From an uncultured archaeon (GTDB lineage Archaea; Asgardarchaeota; Lokiarchaeia; Sigyniarchaeales; SOKP01), in the NCBI GenBank assembly GCA_964447495.1, contig CAYUTF010000024.1, positions 3,877-36,488 of the forward strand: DNA of 32,612 bases, given 5' to 3'. Position numbers and translations under genes: made by a program. Shown in pieces: positions 8,650 to 18,016 of this stretch; the first letter of the stretch is position 1; each line of letters begins with the position of its first letter. Below the pieces are notes generated by a model. It was not told where the DNA came from. It did no database searches and was given only the letters and a program-made list of their open reading frames with translations.

Positions 8650-9612
8650 CTATCGTTTTATTTTTTCTGGAAGGTAAAATTCATATTTTTTCTTAAAGAT
8701 TTTAGTTTTTAGATATCTATCAAAACGTCTAACACTCTGAAATATTACCCACATATTTTTATCGCTCTTATAGTATTTCTGGATTTCTTCCAGTGTTATT
8801 GGATTGATAGCAAATTCACTAGCTTCTTCAGCAAAAAAATTATTTACTAATGTGATTAGGTTCGGTATTAATTCTGATCTTTGCTCTTTATAAAAATTAG
8901 CTATTAAATCTACTGCCACTTTTCTCCAATCATAGTATCGCCCTACAGTTTCTTCAAGAAAGAGTGCTTTTAGAAGCCATCTTAAAAAGGAAGGAGCGCT
9001 TTTAAGAAATAAAACCGCTTCCATAGCCTCAGCTCCGTTAATTCGTACCATAGGTGTGCTGGTGTCAAAATAATAGAGTTTGGTATTCAAATCTATTTTT
9101 GGATTTTTAGGATCATAATTGATAATAGCAAAGTTAGAGATCTGGCCATCAAGTCCCAAATCAATAAGCTTATTTTTTTTACTGTACATCCAAACCTTCT
9201 TCATTTCTTGGAGTACAAGTGTGATTAATGTATATATTTCATTTTCACTAATCTGGTGTATTACTTTATTTCCTACAGATTCTACAGCAATCTTCTCCTG
9301 TACACAGTAAAACTGAATAGTTCCATTATCGTCTTTAAACCATGCCGCATCGTAATGAGGCATATTTAAGCCTACGTCTTTCTCTAAAATTTTACAGTAT
9401 GCATTATATGCCCAGATGTGCCTTTTCACCTGATCTTCAGAGTCAAAAATTGGAATACGTTTATAAGCTAAATTTTCAGGATCATCAAGGATTTCAAAAA
9501 CGAGACTTATCTCACCAAAGCCTAAAATTTTAATGGGGATTTTACCTTTTTCTGGATGGATGGTATTGATAGTCCGTTCTAATTCTTTTAATAATTCAAG
9601 ATCAATTTTCAT
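8650..9612 (-). CDS. DUF6206-like protein with protein-kinase-like motifs
   Basis: LGFGEISLV (Gly-rich loop), AYKR, VQE, DGQISN (DxxxxN), YFDTS. The family name is from memory. Confidence 0.6.
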   Translation of the reverse strand: MKIDLELLKELERTINTIHPEKGKIPIKILGFGEISLVFEILDDPENLAYKRIPIFDSEDQVKRHIWAYNAYCKILEKDVGLNMPHYDAAWFKDDNGTIQFYCVQEKIAVESVGNKVIHQISENEIYTLITLVLQEMKKVWMYSKKNKLIDLGLDGQISNFAIINYDPKNPKIDLNTKLYYFDTSTPMVRINGAEAMEAVLFLKSAPSFLRWLLKALFLEETVGRYYDWRKVAVDLIANFYKEQRSELIPNLITLVNNFFAEEASEFAINPITLEEIQKYYKSDKNMWVIFQSVRRFDRYLKTKIFKKKYEFYLPEKIKR

Positions 9613-9745
9613 AAAATATCAAATAACTCATATTAAATTCTGATAAAATAGATTTAAATTTTTAAACATTTAAAATTAATTACGTATTTAATTTGGACAA
9701 TATTAAAGTAGTTACATTTTTATTTCTCATCTTTTTTATTTTCTC

Positions 9746-11626
9746 ATGAATCGTTTAGAAAATGATTTAGTACCTAGACCCGAGTATCCAAGACCTCAAT
9801 TTGTAAGAAAAGATAATTGGATTAATCTCAATGGAGAATGGAATTTTAAATTTGATGACTATAATAAGGGTCTAGAAGAGGAATGGTATAAGCATCAAAA
9901 TTCTACTGTAATTGACAAAAAAATAATGGTTCCTTTTTGTTATCAATCTAAATTAAGTGAAATTTCTGATTTTACTCCTCATAGGTATATATGGTATAAA
10001 AAAACGTTCAAAGTATCAGAATCGTTCAAAAAAAATCGTATTTTTTTACATTTTGGAGCAGTTGATTATTCCTGTAGAGTTTATCTAAATGATTATTATA
10101 TAGGTTCCCATGAAGGAGGGTATATAGGATTTTCCTTTGATATTACTCCTTATATTCAACTTGAGAATGTTTTAATAATATATATTGACGATCCATATGA
10201 TGATTTGGAAATTCCAAGAGGAAAACAGTTCTGGAAAAAGCATTGGAAGAGTATCTTTTATCCAAATATAACTGGAATATGGCAAACAGTTTGGATTGAA
10301 GGCGTAAATATGGAATTCTATTTTAAAAAAATAAAACTATATCCTGATATAGATAATTCTGAAATCTTGATAGAATGCCACATACCAGGAATTGGTCTCG
10401 ATGATTTAGCAATAAATGCAATAATATATTTGAATAAAGAATTTATTTCTGATGTTAAAATTCCTTTATCATTTTTGGGGCATTCTAAAAAAAAATCCAA
10501 AATCGGAGTGTTAGTTACTGAAAGATTACAGAATTCGGGTATTGAGCTAGATTTCTTCGAAGATCCAAATATGTTTAAGTTTAAAATGAAAATCTCTGAG
10601 GATAAGTTGGTATTATGGAGCCCCAGTACTCCTAACCTATATGATCTTACCTTTAAAATTTATAATAAGATTTCTAGTGAGACATACGATGAAGTAGAAA
10701 CATATTTCGGTATGAGGAAAATTGCTATTGATAATAATGGGAAAATTACATTAAACAATAAACCAATCTATCAAAAACTCGTATTAGTACAAGGTTATTG
10801 GCCAGAGAGTCTATATACTGCGCCTTCTGATGAAGCAATTAGATTAGATATACAATATATTAAAAATTTTGGGTTTAATGGGTTAAGAACTCATCAGAAA
10901 GCATTTGATCCCAGATTTCTATATTGGTGTGATAGAGAAGGTCTTTTAGTATGGAGTGAAATGGGTAGTAATTATGCTTATTCTATTGAAGCCCAGAAGA
11001 GATTCATTAACCAATATATTGAAATGATAGATCGTGATTTTAATCATCCCTCAATTATTGTATGGACTATTTTAAATGAAGGATGGGGTGTTTTCTTGGC
11101 AGATAAAAATCCTAAGAAAGTTGATTTTATAACATCCCTTTATTATCTAGTAAAATCAATTGATTCTTCTAGGTTAATTATCGATAATGATGGGTGGTGG
11201 CATACTAAAACTGATATTTGTACTAAACATTTTTATGCAAACATAAAAGAGCTTTCTAGTACGTTCGAAGGAGAACTGGAACGATCGTACGTAGCTCCTA
11301 ATTTTCCGAAAGTATATTTGGAACCATTTAAATATAATCATGAGCCTATTATTTATAGTGAAATTGGGGGAGTAGCAATGGATTTTTATGGAAATATGAG
11401 GAAATTTCGGGGGGTTGGAAAAGTTAATTCAAGTGAGGAATTATTAGAGTATGTGTGTGATTTAATCCAAAATTTCGCTGAAAGAAAAGGGTGGATTCAA
11501 GGATTTTGTTATACTCAGCTATATGATCAATTTCAAGAAATCAATGGTCTATTGACATTTGATAGAACTCCTAAATTTTCTCCAGATGTGCTAAGAAAAC
11601 AATTAATTAAGTTGATTTACGATTAA
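9746..11626 (+). CDS. Glycoside hydrolase family 2 (beta-galactosidase/glucuronidase-like), cytoplasmic
   Basis: PRPEYPRPQF..W.NLNGEW, LHFGAVDY, HEGGY, FGMRKI, acid/base WTILNEGWG, nucleophile SEIGG, GFCYTQLYD.QE.NGLL. No signal peptide. Confidence 0.93.
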   Translation: MNRLENDLVPRPEYPRPQFVRKDNWINLNGEWNFKFDDYNKGLEEEWYKHQNSTVIDKKIMVPFCYQSKLSEISDFTPHRYIWYKKTFKVSESFKKNRIFLHFGAVDYSCRVYLNDYYIGSHEGGYIGFSFDITPYIQLENVLIIYIDDPYDDLEIPRGKQFWKKHWKSIFYPNITGIWQTVWIEGVNMEFYFKKIKLYPDIDNSEILIECHIPGIGLDDLAINAIIYLNKEFISDVKIPLSFLGHSKKKSKIGVLVTERLQNSGIELDFFEDPNMFKFKMKISEDKLVLWSPSTPNLYDLTFKIYNKISSETYDEVETYFGMRKIAIDNNGKITLNNKPIYQKLVLVQGYWPESLYTAPSDEAIRLDIQYIKNFGFNGLRTHQKAFDPRFLYWCDREGLLVWSEMGSNYAYSIEAQKRFINQYIEMIDRDFNHPSIIVWTILNEGWGVFLADKNPKKVDFITSLYYLVKSIDSSRLIIDNDGWWHTKTDICTKHFYANIKELSSTFEGELERSYVAPNFPKVYLEPFKYNHEPIIYSEIGGVAMDFYGNMRKFRGVGKVNSSEELLEYVCDLIQNFAERKGWIQGFCYTQLYDQFQEINGLLTFDRTPKFSPDVLRKQLIKLIYD

Positions 11627-11643
11627 TTAAAAAAAATAGTTAA

Positions 11644-12435
11644 TTATTTACCAATAAATTTTGGTTTTTCTTTATTTAATAGAGCATTTACACCAATCTT
11701 ATAATCTTCAGTCTCAGCTGATTTGATTTGCATTTGTCTTTCACTTTCAAGATGCTTATCTAATGTAGTACTGAGTGCATCATAAAATAACTTCTTTGTT
11801 CGAGCATAAGTTAGTGTGGGACCATTAGCAAGGCGTTGAGCCCACTCGAGTGCTTTTTTATCTAAGTTGTTAGAGTCTACAACTTCATTTACAAAACCAA
11901 GATTTTTCATTTCTTCAGCTGAATAAGTATCCCCAAAAAATGCCATCTGAGTAGCTTGTTGCCAGGTTAATTGACGGCTTAATAGAATTGAACCCGCAAA
12001 ACCAGGAATTAGGGCAAGATTACTAAAAGATTGCCTAAATCTTGCTTTCTCAGAAGCAATAATGAGATCACAAGAAAGTGCAAGGTTCATTCCGGCTCCA
12101 ACGGCCCAACCATTTACCGCAGCAATTACTGGCTTAGGATATAAGCGTAATTCATATGCTATTTTGTAGAGATCCTTGGTTAAATCGTCCATCAATTGTC
12201 CAGGAGTGCCATCCTCAATACTTTGTTTGAATTTTTTAATATCTCCTCCCGCAGAAAATGCTTTACCAGAGCCAGTAATTATTACACATCTAATATTGTC
12301 TCGATCTTTTATACTGACTAAACTCTCCAACAATTCTTTAGCAGTTTCATTATTTAAAGGATTTAAATTCTCAGAATCAATTAAGGTGATTATCGCAATT
12401 TTATCTTTAATCACTAATTCTAATTTCTTACTCAT
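11644..12435 (-). CDS. Enoyl-CoA hydratase/isomerase (crotonase) family protein, PaaG-like
   Basis: AFSAGGDI oxyanion loop, KPVIAAVNGWAVGAG..LALSCD, C-terminal KEKPKFIGK. AGGTGA SD at 12440-12445 (minus strand). Confidence 0.9.
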   Translation of the reverse strand: MSKKLELVIKDKIAIITLIDSENLNPLNNETAKELLESLVSIKDRDNIRCVIITGSGKAFSAGGDIKKFKQSIEDGTPGQLMDDLTKDLYKIAYELRLYPKPVIAAVNGWAVGAGMNLALSCDLIIASEKARFRQSFSNLALIPGFAGSILLSRQLTWQQATQMAFFGDTYSAEEMKNLGFVNEVVDSNNLDKKALEWAQRLANGPTLTYARTKKLFYDALSTTLDKHLESERQMQIKSAETEDYKIGVNALLNKEKPKFIGK

Positions 12436-12448
12436 ACTATCACCTTTT

Positions 12449-13678
12449 TTATTTACCCCACATTCTTATCATTTCTCTTGATATTAAATACCTCATTATT
12501 TCTGATGTCCCAGCGGAGATCTGGCCTATTTTTGCATCACGGTAATATCTCTCTAAAGGATATTCCTCAGAATATCCAAGACCACCTACAACTTGAATTG
12601 CGTCTTGAGTAATTTTAACGGTATCATCTGACAACCGTGTTTTGATTGCTGCAACCGAGGCGCGGACGTTATGACCCTCATCTAACATCCTAGCTATTTG
12701 TGTTACTGCTATTCTATTAAGTTCAATTGCCATGTACATTTCGCTAAGTTTAAAGGATATTCCTTCAAAGGAATAGAGGGATTTTTTGAATTGTTCGCGT
12801 CTTTGAGAATAACGGTAGGCAACTTCGAATGCACTTCTTGCCAAACCTAAATATTGAGAACCCGTAAAAGTTCTTTCTCCATCCAATCCGAATAATAGCA
12901 CATCTAAACCTTGATTTTCTTTATGTAATACATTTTCTATTGGTACTTTACAGTTAGTAAATTTTAATTTTGAATTAGGCATACCCCGACGTCCCATATG
13001 TTTGTAATCCTTTATTACTTCAAAACCCGGAGTATCTGTTTCGAAAATAAAAGCTGTCATACCTTGATGAGGCTTCACTTGATTATTTGTAATAGCATAT
13101 AAACAGATATAGTCCGCAACACTACCGTTTGTTATATAGCATTTTTGCCCATTTAAAATATAATGATCACCCTCTCTTTTAGCCTGCAATCGCATTCCTC
13201 CAATCGCATCGCTCCCTCCGGAAGGTTCAGTAATTCCAATGGCACCAATCTTTGTTCCGTCTCCAATTGGTGTTAGATATTTCTTTTTTTGCTCTAACGT
13301 TCCAAATTCTATAATCGGTCCAGCAAACAAACAGGAAGATGCTCCAAATATACCTGCTAACGCATAACTAAATGCGGTAAGTTCTTCTCCTAAGATTGTA
13401 CGATATAAAACGCCTTTTCCTAATCCACCGACTTCTTTTGGGATAATGATATTCAAATATGGTTTCATTTTTTTTAAAGTTGCGACAGCTAATTCTTTAT
13501 TTCTTTCTCGATCTATTCTTTCTGCTACAGGTTCAACATTTTCTCTACACCAATTTCGTACTTCCATACGAAATTCATTTTCTTCTTTACTGAAATAATG
13601 GAGCCGATCAGGCATGCATGAATAGCCAAATTCAACATTTAATTCATCAAAATTGACATGATCTTCCATTTCTATCAC
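12449..13678 (-). CDS. Acyl-CoA dehydrogenase (isovaleryl-CoA/LCAD-type catalytic Glu position)
   Basis: ITEPSGGSD, LNGQKCYITNG, LDGER (helix-G Glu), RREQF, AIQVVGGLGY, ERYYRDAK..I.AGTSEI. The start may be ATG 13669. Confidence 0.93.
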   Translation of the reverse strand: MIEMEDHVNFDELNVEFGYSCMPDRLHYFSKEENEFRMEVRNWCRENVEPVAERIDRERNKELAVATLKKMKPYLNIIIPKEVGGLGKGVLYRTILGEELTAFSYALAGIFGASSCLFAGPIIEFGTLEQKKKYLTPIGDGTKIGAIGITEPSGGSDAIGGMRLQAKREGDHYILNGQKCYITNGSVADYICLYAITNNQVKPHQGMTAFIFETDTPGFEVIKDYKHMGRRGMPNSKLKFTNCKVPIENVLHKENQGLDVLLFGLDGERTFTGSQYLGLARSAFEVAYRYSQRREQFKKSLYSFEGISFKLSEMYMAIELNRIAVTQIARMLDEGHNVRASVAAIKTRLSDDTVKITQDAIQVVGGLGYSEEYPLERYYRDAKIGQISAGTSEIMRYLISREMIRMWGK

Positions 13679-13864
13679 ATTATAATTATTTCTAATTCTT
13701 TATTAATGTAAGTTAAATATTATAAAGCTATTAAATCGCTATGCTTATTTAACAATAGTAGTTACTTAAAATATATTAGAATATCATAATTTCATAAGTT
13801 ATTAAACTACAAAATTTTTAGTTTAATGCTAACATTTTGTAAATCTATTAAATTCGGGAGTTAA

Positions 13865-14821
13865 GTGATGAGTAGTTCAAACTTTTTACCAGCTAAAAAG
13901 CCAACGTTTTACTATATTGGGGTATCTACAACAAAGTCTTCAATTATGAGAGTATTCCCAAAATGGGCAGAATACCTTGGAATAGGAAATACACAATTTG
14001 TCGGTAATGATTGCAAAATTCATGATAAGCCTGAAGTATATAGAACCATTGTGAATTATATAAAAAAGGATAATAATTCATTAGGAGCATTAGTGACCTC
14101 TCATAAAATTGATTTATATGATGCAGCTAAAGATTTATTTGACAACGTAGATTCATATACCGAATTATTGGGAGAACTAAGCTGTATATCAAAGCGAAAT
14201 GGAAAGCTGTGGGCTCATGCTAAAGATCCTATAACGAGCGGTTTATCCCTTGAATCATTTATTCCATTAAATCATTGGAAAAAAACCAAAGCGGAGATTT
14301 GTATTATTGGCGCAGGAGGGGCTTCTCTGGCGTTAACGACGTATATAATGGAGAATTTAAATGAAGATAATCGTCCTTCAAAAATATATATCTTAAATAG
14401 GAGCAAACCCCGATTAGACAAGATGAAGCTTATTCATAATAATATTAATCCAGGAATAAATGTTGAATATATTTGTAGCCCAGATTCAGAAAAGAATGAT
14501 GAAATAGTAAACGCTTTGATTCCAAGGTCATTAGTAATTAATGGAACTGGCCTTGGCAAGGATGCTCCTGGTTCTCCGTTGACAGATAATGTTCAGTTTC
14601 CCATGAACGGTTTTGTATGGGATTATAACTACAGGGGGGATTTATACTTTTTAAAGCAAGCAAAAAGTCAACAAATTAAAAAAAAACTTCAGATCGAAGA
14701 TGGTTGGGTCTATTTTCTCCATGGTTGGACAAGAGTGATTGCTGAAGTTTTTCATATCAATATTCCAACTAGTGGACCTAAATTTGAAGAGATTTCAAAA
14801 ATAGCATTAAAAGTAAGATAA
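13865..14821 (+). CDS. Shikimate dehydrogenase-like NAD(P)-dependent oxidoreductase (non-AroE subfamily)
   Basis: LVTSHK (cf. NVTIPHK), HAKD (cf. NTD), IGAGGA, LNRS, INGTGLG, DYNY, DGW.YF.. Confidence 0.8.
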   Translation: MMSSSNFLPAKKPTFYYIGVSTTKSSIMRVFPKWAEYLGIGNTQFVGNDCKIHDKPEVYRTIVNYIKKDNNSLGALVTSHKIDLYDAAKDLFDNVDSYTELLGELSCISKRNGKLWAHAKDPITSGLSLESFIPLNHWKKTKAEICIIGAGGASLALTTYIMENLNEDNRPSKIYILNRSKPRLDKMKLIHNNINPGINVEYICSPDSEKNDEIVNALIPRSLVINGTGLGKDAPGSPLTDNVQFPMNGFVWDYNYRGDLYFLKQAKSQQIKKKLQIEDGWVYFLHGWTRVIAEVFHINIPTSGPKFEEISKIALKVR

Positions 14822-14841
14822 AATTGATAGGTGCTTAAAAT

Positions 14842-15426
14842 TTGGTTGAAATAAAAAATATAAAATCTATGGCAATTAGGTTTGATATAAGCAATGGGTT
14901 ATCTCCTGATAGAGACTCAAAAAAGCGAATGCTCTCAGATATGGATGGTATGTATTTAGATAATATTGCTTTAAAAGAAATGATTTCTAAACAAGATATT
15001 TTAGTTTATGAATTTTACGAACTAGGTATACCAGAAGAACCAGGGCATATAGCATTTGGCACGACTATTCTCTATCCTGGTAAAGTAGGAAATGAATTTT
15101 TTATGACAAAAGGGCATTTCCATTCTATCCAAGAGACTGCTGAAATTTATTATTGCTTAAAGGGGCATGGGTTTATCGTAATGGAAAATCCGAATGGTAT
15201 AACTGAAATGCAAGAGATGAATCCAGGTGTCTCTGTTTATGTACCTCCTCGATATGCCCATAGAAGTATTAATGTATCCAAAAAGGAACCATTAATATCT
15301 TTTTTTGCGTTCCGAGCGGATGCGGGGCATGATTATAAGACGATTGAAACAAAAGGGTTCAGGAAACTTTTAGTAGAATATGATGGAAAACCGAAATTAA
15401 TTGACAATCCAAAATGGAAGTTGTAA
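14842..15426 (+). CDS. pgi: Cupin-type (archaeal) glucose-6-phosphate isomerase
   Basis: T.LYPGKVGNEFFMTKGHFH...AEIYYCLKGHG, YVPP.YAHRSIN, AGHDY..I...GF, as in Pyrococcus-type cupin PGI. Confidence 0.88.
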   Translation: MVEIKNIKSMAIRFDISNGLSPDRDSKKRMLSDMDGMYLDNIALKEMISKQDILVYEFYELGIPEEPGHIAFGTTILYPGKVGNEFFMTKGHFHSIQETAEIYYCLKGHGFIVMENPNGITEMQEMNPGVSVYVPPRYAHRSINVSKKEPLISFFAFRADAGHDYKTIETKGFRKLLVEYDGKPKLIDNPKWKL

Positions 15427-15453
15427 TGAAATGTATTAGAGGGAGATAAAAGG

Positions 15454-16368
15454 ATGAAAGTATATGTTACGCCAAGATCAATAACTCTAAAGGGTCATCC
15501 TGCTTTAGAAAAGCTAGAGAAAGCGGGTTTTGAAATAATTTATGCATCTCCAGGTCAGCAACCCTCTGAAGAGGACCAATTACGAGTTTTACCTGATTGT
15601 GAAGCGTATTTAGCAGGAATAGAGCCAATTAATGCGAAAGTTCTAAATATAGCAAAAAAATTGAAAGTCATAAGTAGAAATGGAGTAGGTATTGAAAACA
15701 TCGATTTAAAGGCAGCGAAAGAATTAGGAATAGAAATTAAAATTGCTAGTGGCTCTAATTCTCAAGGAGTGGCAGAGTTAGCGATTGCATTGCTCTTATG
15801 CGCGATTCGGGCTATATCATTAGGCAATAGTCTTATGAAAAATGGAAATTGGCATCGAGAACAAGGTGTTGAGGTCATAGGAAAGAGCTTAGGTATAATT
15901 GGATGTGGTAACATAGGAAAAAAAGTAATAGAAATGGCCTTAGGATTAAATATGAAAGTGTTAGGATATGATCTTTTCCCTGATGATAAATTTCATCCTT
16001 CAGATGATTTTGAATATGTCTCGCTTAGTGAATTATTTACAAAATCGGACTTTATTTCCCTGCATTGTCCACCAGGAGAAAAGCCCATAATTAATGAAAA
16101 AAGCATATTAAGTATGAAGAAAAATGTGATTATAATAAATACTGCTCGTGCGTCAGTGGTAGAGAAGAGTTCGATCATTAGAGCTTTGAATGAAGGACAC
16201 ATTAAATTTTATGCTACTGATGTATATGAAGTCGAACCTCCCAATTTAGATGAGTTAATAAGTAATAAAAGAGTGATCACAACCCCTCATATTGGAGGTT
16301 ATACAAGAGAAAGTGTAGATCGCGCTGTAGAAGCGGCAGTTAATAATATTTTGAAGACATTAGGGTGA
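15454..16368 (+). CDS. Phosphoglycerate-dehydrogenase-like D-2-hydroxyacid dehydrogenase (no ACT domain)
   Basis: LKVISRNGVGIENID, NSQGVAE, GCGNIG, INTARA, DVYEVEPP, TPHIGGYT.ES. Confidence 0.9.
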   Translation: MKVYVTPRSITLKGHPALEKLEKAGFEIIYASPGQQPSEEDQLRVLPDCEAYLAGIEPINAKVLNIAKKLKVISRNGVGIENIDLKAAKELGIEIKIASGSNSQGVAELAIALLLCAIRAISLGNSLMKNGNWHREQGVEVIGKSLGIIGCGNIGKKVIEMALGLNMKVLGYDLFPDDKFHPSDDFEYVSLSELFTKSDFISLHCPPGEKPIINEKSILSMKKNVIIINTARASVVEKSSIIRALNEGHIKFYATDVYEVEPPNLDELISNKRVITTPHIGGYTRESVDRAVEAAVNNILKTLG

Positions 16369-17234
16369 ATATCATTAAAATCGATAGTGTTATCGTTAGT
16401 TCCATAAAAGAATTTGTAAATTCAGAAATTACCCCTTCAGAGGGGATTAATATAGCATGGATTGGGCAAGCAGGATTTATCATAAAGTTTAATCAAAAAA
16501 TATTCGTCATTGATCCCTATTTATCTGATTTTCTCTCTAAAAAATATAAAGGAACAATATTCCCTCATATTAGATTGATGCCGATTCCAATAAATCCGGA
16601 GGATTTTAATAAGATAAGTTATATATTTTGCACACACGCTCATTCTGATCATATGGATCCCGAAACGGTTTCAACATTCTCAAAGAAATTTATCGATTGC
16701 AAATTTATCATTCCCGCAGCTGAAATAGAAGAAGCTATTGATCGAGGAATAAACAAGCGACAATTGTTGCCCATAAATGCGGATCAGTCTATAAATCTTG
16801 ATACCAGAGTTGATGTAAGCGCCATAGCAGCAGCTCATGAAACTTTCAAGATTAATGAGAGATGGGAGCACTCATTTTTAGGTTTCATTTTGCATATAGA
16901 CGGGATTAATATATATCATTCTGGAGATTGTGTTCCCTATGACGGATTAGCTGAAAAGTTGAGAACTATAGGAGTAGATATTGCATTATTACCAATTAAT
17001 GGAAGAGATAAATATCGATTAGATCATGGAATTAGTGGTAATTTTAAAATTTCAGAAGTTTTAGATTTATGTGAAAAAGTAAATATAAAACATTTAATAG
17101 TCCATCATTTTGGAATGTTTGCATACAATTCTGTTTCAAAAGTGGATTTGATTAAACTTGCCAAATTAAATTCAGATTCACTTCAAATTATAATTCCTGA
17201 GATAAATGTAGTGTATAAAATTAAAAAAAGTTGA
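16365..17234 (+). CDS. Metallo-beta-lactamase-fold hydrolase, UlaG-like (putative sugar-phosphate lactonase)
   Basis: WIGQAGF, DPYLS, THAHSDHMD, YHSGD, LPING, HHFGMF. GTGA start/stop overlap with the upstream gene. Confidence 0.85.
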   Translation: MNIIKIDSVIVSSIKEFVNSEITPSEGINIAWIGQAGFIIKFNQKIFVIDPYLSDFLSKKYKGTIFPHIRLMPIPINPEDFNKISYIFCTHAHSDHMDPETVSTFSKKFIDCKFIIPAAEIEEAIDRGINKRQLLPINADQSINLDTRVDVSAIAAAHETFKINERWEHSFLGFILHIDGINIYHSGDCVPYDGLAEKLRTIGVDIALLPINGRDKYRLDHGISGNFKISEVLDLCEKVNIKHLIVHHFGMFAYNSVSKVDLIKLAKLNSDSLQIIIPEINVVYKIKKS

Positions 17235-17304
17235 TAGAAAATATTATTTTGAACCTCTAACTTCATTATTTAATCAAAATTATCATTAATTAAGTAGATG
17301 GAAG

Positions 17305-17940
17305 ATGGAAGTAATTCAAAAAATTAAGATGTTAAAGATTATACCTGTGGTTATTATCGAAGATAAGAAACATGCGATCCCTCTTGGAAAAGCATTATTA
17401 AAAGCAGGGCTTCCTGTTATAGAAATTACCTTTCGAACTGAGGCTGCCGCGGAAGCAATAGAACTTATTTCAAAAGAATTGCCCGAGATATTTATTGGGG
17501 CAGGAACAGTACTCAAAATCGATCAAGTTAAACAAGCAGTAGCAGCAGGCGCTCAGTTTATTGTAACTCCAGGATTTAATCCAAAAGTTGTGGATTATTG
17601 TGTAGAAAATAATATTGTAATAATTCCTGGATTGAATACTCCCACTATGGTAGAGTGGGCTTTAGAAAGAGGGATATCATTGGTTAAGTTTTATCCTGCT
17701 GACGTTTCTGGTGGAACAAAGATGCTAAAATTACTATCTGGACCTTATCCAACAATGAAATTTATGCCAACAGGAGGCGTTAATAATATCAGTATGGTTG
17801 AATATCTTAAGTTAGATAATGTTCTGGCTGTTGGTGGAAGTTGGATTGTTAAAAAAGACCTAATCGCCTCTGAACGATTTGATGAGATAACAATAATAAC
17901 TAAAGAAGCTTTAGAGATTTTAAAATCAAAATTAAATTGA
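17305..17940 (+). CDS. eda: 2-keto-3-deoxy-6-phosphogluconate / 4-hydroxy-2-oxoglutarate aldolase (bacterial Eda type)
   Basis: IIPVV, EITFRT, GAGTV, FIVTPG, Schiff-base VKFYPA, FMPTGGV, AVGGSW. Confidence 0.93.
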   Translation: MEVIQKIKMLKIIPVVIIEDKKHAIPLGKALLKAGLPVIEITFRTEAAAEAIELISKELPEIFIGAGTVLKIDQVKQAVAAGAQFIVTPGFNPKVVDYCVENNIVIIPGLNTPTMVEWALERGISLVKFYPADVSGGTKMLKLLSGPYPTMKFMPTGGVNNISMVEYLKLDNVLAVGGSWIVKKDLIASERFDEITIITKEALEILKSKLN

Positions 17941-18016
17941 AGGTTTATTAAATCTTTATATTAAATTCAAAATACTTTATATTATCATACGCATTTTTTT
18001 AGAGGATAATGATACA

